Assembly: GCA_017436845.1 (NCBI GenBank)
Contig: JAFSCJ010000015.1
Location: 126,771 to 190,770 of the forward strand
Reading direction: 5' to 3'
DNA from: Muribaculaceae bacterium
GTDB taxonomy: Bacteria > Bacteroidota > Bacteroidia > Bacteroidales > Muribaculaceae
DNA: 64,000 nucleotides
Under the pieces are notes generated by a model. The model was not told the origin of the DNA. It worked only from the letters and a program-made list of their open reading frames with translations, and did not search any database. Made by a program: the position numbers and the translations under genes. This document shows positions 58,519-64,000 of this stretch, one piece after another; position 1 is the first letter of the stretch, and each line of letters starts with the position of its first letter.

Positions 58519-59523
58519 ATGGGAAAAATATATAATATCGTTTATAGGTTAATTCTTTTAATTATGTTGTGTTTTATGCCTTGTTATATATTGGCAAGCA
58601 CATCAGTAAAAGCATCTCTTGATTCTGCCTATATTATTATGGGTAAACAGACAACATTACATATTGAAATTATTGAAGATATTTCAAGTAATGGGATTTT
58701 ACCAATAAATGATGAGAGAATTGACACTATAATTAGACCTATTGAGATTATAAGTCGTGGGGTATTGGATACTATAGATTTGCATAACAATCGACGTCAA
58801 ATCAATCAAGATATTATTATACAGTCGTTTGACTCTGGTCTATATGTAATTCCTCCGATATTATATATTGCAAATAACGATAGTTTCAAATCAAATGAGT
58901 TAGCATTAAAAGTTATACCTGTGCCTGTTGACTCCATGGCAACTATAAATGAACAAGCTAATGTATTAGAACCTAACTCAAGATGGTTTGATTTTCTACC
59001 TGACTTCATTACAGATAATTGGGGTTGGATACTATTATCAATCCTAATAATTACGGGAGCTATTATTTATTATATAACCCGTAAAAAAGAAGTTTTGATC
59101 CCTCTAATCCCCCGTAAAAAACCTATTCCTCCACATGAACTTGCTATGCAACAATTATCAGAGCTAAAAGAAGCAAAATTATGTGAGAAAGGTCAAGAAA
59201 AAGAGTTTTATACTCGATTGACAGACATCCTACGTGTATATATCGATACTCGCTTTGGAATCAACGCAATGGAAATGACTTCTTCTCAAATAATTGAAGC
59301 ACTTAATAGCAATGAAATTTCAAAAGAGCCGAACAAGTATATGAAACAAATCTTAGAAACAGCTGATTTTGTAAAATTTGCAAAAGTTAGGCCTTTGCCT
59401 GAAGATAACACAAAATCGTTTAATTGGGCAACACAATTTGTGGTTGACACAAAGCCTATTGAACAACAAGACCCTGAAAAAGAAACACCCCAAAAAACAG
59501 TTGAACTTAACAAACAAAAATAA
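58519..59523 (+). CDS. Bat-operon membrane protein of unknown function (DUF4381-like)
   Basis: Signal peptide or TM helix, one central TM helix (WGWILLSILIITGAIIYYI), then a cytoplasmic helical region. It sits between DUF58 and batA as in Bacteroides. Confidence 0.7.
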   Translation: MGKIYNIVYRLILLIMLCFMPCYILASTSVKASLDSAYIIMGKQTTLHIEIIEDISSNGILPINDERIDTIIRPIEIISRGVLDTIDLHNNRRQINQDIIIQSFDSGLYVIPPILYIANNDSFKSNELALKVIPVPVDSMATINEQANVLEPNSRWFDFLPDFITDNWGWILLSILIITGAIIYYITRKKEVLIPLIPRKKPIPPHELAMQQLSELKEAKLCEKGQEKEFYTRLTDILRVYIDTRFGINAMEMTSSQIIEALNSNEISKEPNKYMKQILETADFVKFAKVRPLPEDNTKSFNWATQFVVDTKPIEQQDPEKETPQKTVELNKQK

Positions 59524-60506
59524 TGCAATTTGCACATCCTGAATATCTATGGTTATTTATTTTATATATACCATTTATTGCATGGTATATACTGAAACAA
59601 CGTAACCACGCGACATTAAATGTATCATCAATACAACCATATATGAAAATTCCTCATTCATACAAGGAATATCTCATTCATGTGTTATATATTACTCGTT
59701 TATTAATAATTGGTTGTATTATAATAATATTAGCTCGTCCACAAACGAAAGATAGTTGGAGAACTTCATCAACAGAAGGAACTGACATAATTATCGCTCT
59801 TGACATCTCGTCGAGTATGTTAGCTCGTGATTTTAAACCAGATAGATTTGAAGCGGCTAAAAGCGTCGCTGCAAAATTTGTAGCAGGTAGAACAACTGAT
59901 AATATAGGTGTTGTAATATTTGCCGGGGAAAGCTTCACAGCAGTTCCAATGACAACTGATCGATCGTTATTAGCAAACTACATTAAAGATATTAAAATGG
60001 AAATGCTTGAAGACGGGACTGCCATTGGAGATGGTCTTGCAACATCAATAAATCGTATAAAAGATGGCAAAGCTAAATCTAAAAGTATTATTCTACTTAC
60101 AGATGGTTCAAATAACACGGGGAATGTTGCCCCAATTACAGCAGCTGAAATAGCAAAAAAATACGGTATAAAAGTTTATACTATTGGTGTTGGGAAAAAT
60201 GGGATGGCGCCATTCCCACAGCAAAATATGTTTGGTCGTATAGAATATGTAAACATGCCGGTTGTTATTGATGAAAGTACTTTACAAAACATTGCATCAA
60301 TAACAGGTGGTAAATATTTTAGAGCAACAGGTAACAATGTTTTATCTGAAATATTTGATGAAATTGACAAATTAGAAAAAACGGAAATGGACATAAAAAA
60401 TTTCTCTCATACTGAGGATAATTATATGATGTGGGCGTGGATTGCTTTATGTCTATTTTTACTTGAAATATTATTAAAAAACACAATATTACGAACTATT
60501 CCATAA
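59523..60506 (+). CDS. batA: VWA-domain aerotolerance protein BatA
   Basis: N-terminal TM helices, MIDAS motif IALDISSSM, LLTDGSNNTG and a C-terminal TM helix. 327 aa. Confidence 0.88.
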   Translation: MQFAHPEYLWLFILYIPFIAWYILKQRNHATLNVSSIQPYMKIPHSYKEYLIHVLYITRLLIIGCIIIILARPQTKDSWRTSSTEGTDIIIALDISSSMLARDFKPDRFEAAKSVAAKFVAGRTTDNIGVVIFAGESFTAVPMTTDRSLLANYIKDIKMEMLEDGTAIGDGLATSINRIKDGKAKSKSIILLTDGSNNTGNVAPITAAEIAKKYGIKVYTIGVGKNGMAPFPQQNMFGRIEYVNMPVVIDESTLQNIASITGGKYFRATGNNVLSEIFDEIDKLEKTEMDIKNFSHTEDNYMMWAWIALCLFLLEILLKNTILRTIP

Positions 60507-60515
60507 AAATATAAT

Positions 60516-61550
60516 ATGGTGAGTTTTGCATATCCAGTATTATTATATCTATTATTGCTTATTCCAATAATAGTTTTATTGCATCTTTGGGCAAAAATAG
60601 CACAAAGAAAAAGATTGTTACGATTTGGAAGAATTGATATTTTATCAAAGCTGATGCCTGACGCATCAAAATATAAATCATGGATAAAATTATCATTACA
60701 ACTTATTGCGTTAACTGCTATTATCATTGTATTAGCTCGCCCAAGGGCTGGCGCAAAAGAAGAAACATCTACAGTGAAAGGAATTGAAGTAATGATTGCT
60801 TTAGACGTTTCAAATTCAATGTTAGCATCATCTAATGATGATCCTAATGGTATTAGCCGATTAGATAGAGCAAAATATCTTTTAGAGAAACTAATTGATA
60901 AACTAAACAATGACAAAATTGGATTAATCGTATTTGCCGGAGAAGCATATACACAATTACCTATTACATCTGATTTTGTTTCTGCAAAAATGTTTATAAA
61001 TAGCATTAATACAGAAATGGTGCCCACTCAAGGAACTGCTATCGGCTCAGCTATTTCAATGGCAATTAATTCTTTTACACCCGATGAAACAACACAAAAA
61101 GCAATAATTGTAATTACAGATGGAGAAAACCATGAGGATGATGCTGTTAGTGTCGCTAAATCTGCAGCAGAACAAGGGATACAAATAGATGTTATTGGGT
61201 TAGGATCTGGGAAGGGAGCCCCTATACCTATTAATGCTAAAAAAGGGTTATACTTGAAAGATTCTACCGGTAAACCGGTTACTACCTATCTTAATGAAAA
61301 TATGGCAAAAGAAATTGCTCAAGCAGGAAATGGTATTTACATATCTGGGAATAGTCCTTCTGCAGCAAGTGATATTGATGTTCAACTTGACACACTTGAA
61401 AAATCGGATTTAGAGAGAGTTGTATATTCATCAAGTGCTGAGCAATTTCCGTTCTTTGCTTGGATAGCTCTAATATTTCTAATAATAGACATATTTATTC
61501 TTGATAGCAAGAATGCAATACTTAAAAAGATTAATTTCTTTAGTAAATAA
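60516..61550 (+). CDS. batB: VWA-domain aerotolerance protein BatB
   Basis: N-terminal TM helices, MIDAS motif IALDVSNSM, VITDGENHED and a C-terminal TM helix. 344 aa. Confidence 0.88.
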   Translation: MVSFAYPVLLYLLLLIPIIVLLHLWAKIAQRKRLLRFGRIDILSKLMPDASKYKSWIKLSLQLIALTAIIIVLARPRAGAKEETSTVKGIEVMIALDVSNSMLASSNDDPNGISRLDRAKYLLEKLIDKLNNDKIGLIVFAGEAYTQLPITSDFVSAKMFINSINTEMVPTQGTAIGSAISMAINSFTPDETTQKAIIVITDGENHEDDAVSVAKSAAEQGIQIDVIGLGSGKGAPIPINAKKGLYLKDSTGKPVTTYLNENMAKEIAQAGNGIYISGNSPSAASDIDVQLDTLEKSDLERVVYSSSAEQFPFFAWIALIFLIIDIFILDSKNAILKKINFFSK

Positions 61551-61554
61551 TTGT

Positions 61555-62385
61555 ATGAAAAATATATCATTAAATATTTTATTAATTCTGCTCATCTGCC
61601 CTATTTCTTTATGGGCAACTAATCAGTTCGACCCATCAACAAAGAAAGAGCGTAACTACATACGTCAAGGGAATGAGCAATATGCTGATAATCATTACCG
61701 TGATGCAGAAGTACTATATAAAAAAGCATTGGAAATAAATCCAACGTCTGAGATAGCCCAATATAATCTTGCGTCAACTCTGATGAAACAGTCTGGATCA
61801 GCCCAAGCAAATTCACCAAATAACCCGATTATGCAAGCAGATTCAATTTTTAGAAATCTTGCTCATAATGCAATTGATAAAAAAGTCGCAGAAAACTCAT
61901 ATTATAATTTAGGAAATATCTCATTTGACAAACAAGATTATGCACAAAGTATTGAAATGTACAAAAGTGCATTACGCATTAATCCTGAAAATGATGATGC
62001 AAGAGAAAACTTAAGACTTGCTCAGCTAAAAAAACAAGAACAAGACCAAAATAAGAACAAAAATAACGATAAGAATAAGGATAACGAACAAAAAAAAGAT
62101 AAAAATAAAGAACAGAATAAAGATAATCAAAACCAAAATAAACAAGATAACGAGAAGCAAAATAAAGATAAAGATAAACAAAACCAAGACCAAAATCAAC
62201 AACAAAATCAACAACAGCAAAAACAAGATAAGCAACAATCTCAAGGCATAAGTGATGCAAATGCTGAAAAGATTTTGAAAACAATGGAGAATGAAGAAAA
62301 CGCAACTCGTCGAAAAGTAAACGAGTTGAGGAAAAAAGAAGATGAAAAAAATGCATCACGTCGAAGAATTACTAATCAATGGTAG
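61555..62385 (+). CDS. batC: TPR-repeat aerotolerance protein BatC with a low-complexity K/N/Q/D-rich tail
   Basis: Signal peptide MKNISLNILLILLICPISLWA from ATG 61555 (the ORF-track start at 61501 overlaps batB). TPR-like repeats (YYNLGNISFDKQDYAQSIEMYKSALRINPEN). Confidence 0.85.
   Translation: MKNISLNILLILLICPISLWATNQFDPSTKKERNYIRQGNEQYADNHYRDAEVLYKKALEINPTSEIAQYNLASTLMKQSGSAQANSPNNPIMQADSIFRNLAHNAIDKKVAENSYYNLGNISFDKQDYAQSIEMYKSALRINPENDDARENLRLAQLKKQEQDQNKNKNNDKNKDNEQKKDKNKEQNKDNQNQNKQDNEKQNKDKDKQNQDQNQQQNQQQQKQDKQQSQGISDANAEKILKTMENEENATRRKVNELRKKEDEKNASRRRITNQW
62026..62244 (+). repeat. A-rich low-complexity coding tract (K/N/Q/D codons) inside batC
   Basis: About 220 nt consist almost entirely of aaa/aat/aac/caa/gat codons. 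The complementary strand gives an artefactual L/I/F-only ORF. Confidence 0.8.
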
Positions 62386-62399
62386 CAAGAATAAATAGC

Positions 62400-64000
62400 A
62401 TGAGAAGATTTTTTTCGTTTATTGCAATATTATTTATATGTATAGCAACTTGGGGTGAGACTTCTTTTACAGTTATTCCTCCAAGACAGGTAATTGAAGG
62501 GAATAAATTTAATGTAACCTTTCGTTTAAAAGATGGTGATGGTAAAGGTTTAAAAGCCCCCGAAATTGATGGTTGCACCCTACTATATGGTCCATCTACA
62601 TCTACAATGCAAAGTTATCAAATGATGAATGGTCAAACGACATCAAGCACAACTATAGATTATAGCTATATATATCGTGCGGATAAAGCCGGAACATATA
62701 CGATTGCACCCGCAACAATAAACGTAAATGGGAAAAGCTATACAACTAAAGAAACTAAATTTACCGTTTTACCTGCTGATAAAGTAGCACAAGGCAATCA
62801 ATCAAATGTTCGTGTAGACGATTATTCTACTCAATCGACAGACAAACAAGTTTCGGACAACGATGTGTTTGTCAGGATTATCCTATCAAAGGCAAAAGCA
62901 TATGAACAAGAGGCTATAGAGTGTACAATTAAACTTTACACAAAATACTCAATCAGTTCATTTATGCCAACTACACAACCAAGTTTCGATGGTTTTCTCA
63001 TAGAAGAAATGGATTTAAAATCAAGTTTAAATCAAATAGAAAACTACAAGGGACAAAATTATATGACTGCTATTTTAAAGAAATGCATCATTTTCCCTCA
63101 AAAATCTGGCAAACTAACGATTAATTCAGGAAAATATGATATAACCGTTGTACAATATGAACGTGTTAATTTAGGTTTTTTTAGTGATACCCGACCTGTA
63201 GAGAAAAAGATAAGAGTAAGTTCAAATTCAGCATCAATTAATATTGATCCTCTACCATTACCCCAACCTGAGGGCTTTTCCGGTGCAGTTGGAAAATTTT
63301 CAATTGACAGCAAATTACAAGGAACTTCTTTCAGAACAAATGAAGCATCATCTCTCATTTATACAATTAAAGGAACTGGTAATATAAAATACATTAGAGA
63401 ACCAATTATCGATTTTCCAACAGAATTTGAACAATATACGCCAAAGAATGAGATAAAAGCGGCTGTGTCAGGGAATAACGTTACTGGAAGTATGACTATC
63501 GAATATACATTTGTTCCGCAAAGCGTAGGGAAATTCACAATTGGTACAGATAAATTCGTATATTTCGATCCAACCTCAAAAAAATATATTACCCTTTCTA
63601 CCCCAAAATACGACATAAACGTTACAAAAGGGGTTTCTACTCATACATCTACTACAGTAAATCAAAAGGATATAGCAACCAAAAATACAGATATTCTTCA
63701 CATTAAACTTGGAGATAAAAATCTTCAAAAAACACATTCATTTTACTCGTTCTGTTTATGGTATTGGTCTCTATACATTATTGGTATAATTTTATTAATC
63801 GCTATTATATATTTAAACATCAAGCATATAAAAGCAATTAAAGATGTAAAAGGGACAAGATTAGCTAAAGCAAATAAAATTGCAAAAAAGCGATTAAAAC
63901 AAGCAAAAGCTCATATGGATTTACATGAGACAGACAAATTCTATGAAGAAATCCTTCGTGCAACTTGGGGCTATTTGAGTGATAAATTATCAATACCCGC
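62400..64000 (+). CDS. batD: BatD-like oxygen-tolerance protein (partial, runs off the right edge)
   Basis: ATG 62400 lies 14 nt after the batC stop. My own translation runs MRRFFSFIAILFICIATWGETSFTVIPPRQVIEGNKFNVTF...GTYTIAPATINVNGKSYTT..., with a TM helix near the end (LYIIGIILLIAIIYL). The frame is open to nt 64000. It is absent from the ORF track only because no stop lies in the window. Confidence 0.85.
   Translation, partial: MRRFFSFIAILFICIATWGETSFTVIPPRQVIEGNKFNVTFRLKDGDGKGLKAPEIDGCTLLYGPSTSTMQSYQMMNGQTTSSTTIDYSYIYRADKAGTYTIAPATINVNGKSYTTKETKFTVLPADKVAQGNQSNVRVDDYSTQSTDKQVSDNDVFVRIILSKAKAYEQEAIECTIKLYTKYSISSFMPTTQPSFDGFLIEEMDLKSSLNQIENYKGQNYMTAILKKCIIFPQKSGKLTINSGKYDITVVQYERVNLGFFSDTRPVEKKIRVSSNSASINIDPLPLPQPEGFSGAVGKFSIDSKLQGTSFRTNEASSLIYTIKGTGNIKYIREPIIDFPTEFEQYTPKNEIKAAVSGNNVTGSMTIEYTFVPQSVGKFTIGTDKFVYFDPTSKKYITLSTPKYDINVTKGVSTHTSTTVNQKDIATKNTDILHIKLGDKNLQKTHSFYSFCLWYWSLYIIGIILLIAIIYLNIKHIKAIKDVKGTRLAKANKIAKKRLKQAKAHMDLHETDKFYEEILRATWGYLSDKLSIP

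Noticed and set aside
62026-62244. 72-aa minus-strand ORF made only of L/I/F/V
   Set aside because: It is simply the complement of the A-rich K/N/Q codon tract in batC, not a membrane peptide gene.
1-64000. Scan for CRISPR arrays, rRNA, tRNA, IS elements, integrases and restriction or other recognisable defence genes
   Set aside because: No regularly spaced direct repeats, no rRNA- or tRNA-like sequence, and no transposase, integrase or nuclease-helicase motifs were seen in any listed ORF.

Overview
This window looks like a low-GC Bacteroidales (Bacteroidota) chromosomal segment. Hand GC counts give about 18/60 in a typical core gene. Three things support the taxon call: Bacteroides-type TAnnTTTG -7 promoter boxes sit upstream of most transcription units, a complete Bat (Bacteroides aerotolerance) operon is present, and there is a GLPGLI-family gene.

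About 60 protein genes are tightly packed and mostly housekeeping:
- rfbD and prfC
- a thrA / PGM-like / thrC threonine operon with no canonical thrB
- coaE, yajC, nusB
- sppA-lpxK-PNP-thiL
- rlmD and ppdK
- the menaquinone operon menF-D-B-C-E
- rimO, ftsY, rsmI and a PBP4-type peptidase
- a TetR-KASIII-fabG cluster
- rimM and proS
- GT2-umuD-umuC
- two HU-type genes
- moxR-DUF58-batA-batB-batC-batD

I found no rRNA, tRNA, CRISPR array, IS element or integrase.

Three patches look accessory or odd:
1. nt 1-1850 is a compositionally mosaic, GC-rich patch. It holds a 5'-truncated phage MuF-domain gene fused to a papain-like toxin-type C-terminus.
2. nt 26.7-33.1 kb is a four-gene envelope module made only of uncharacterised families: a transmembrane TPR/HTH regulator, a TonB-dependent-like outer-membrane barrel, a GLPGLI protein and a beta-propeller-like lipoprotein. 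An 11-bp perfect inverted repeat straddles the promoter and start codon of the barrel gene. This is my best candidate for an undescribed system.
3. nt 52.35-55.05 kb is a GT2-umuD-umuC block packed directly behind proS.

Other points of note are a nitrilase-superfamily gene that lacks the catalytic cysteine and an HU-TM-LysM fusion protein. All product calls come from motif recognition by eye in the supplied translations. No homology search was possible, so family names are hypotheses to confirm.
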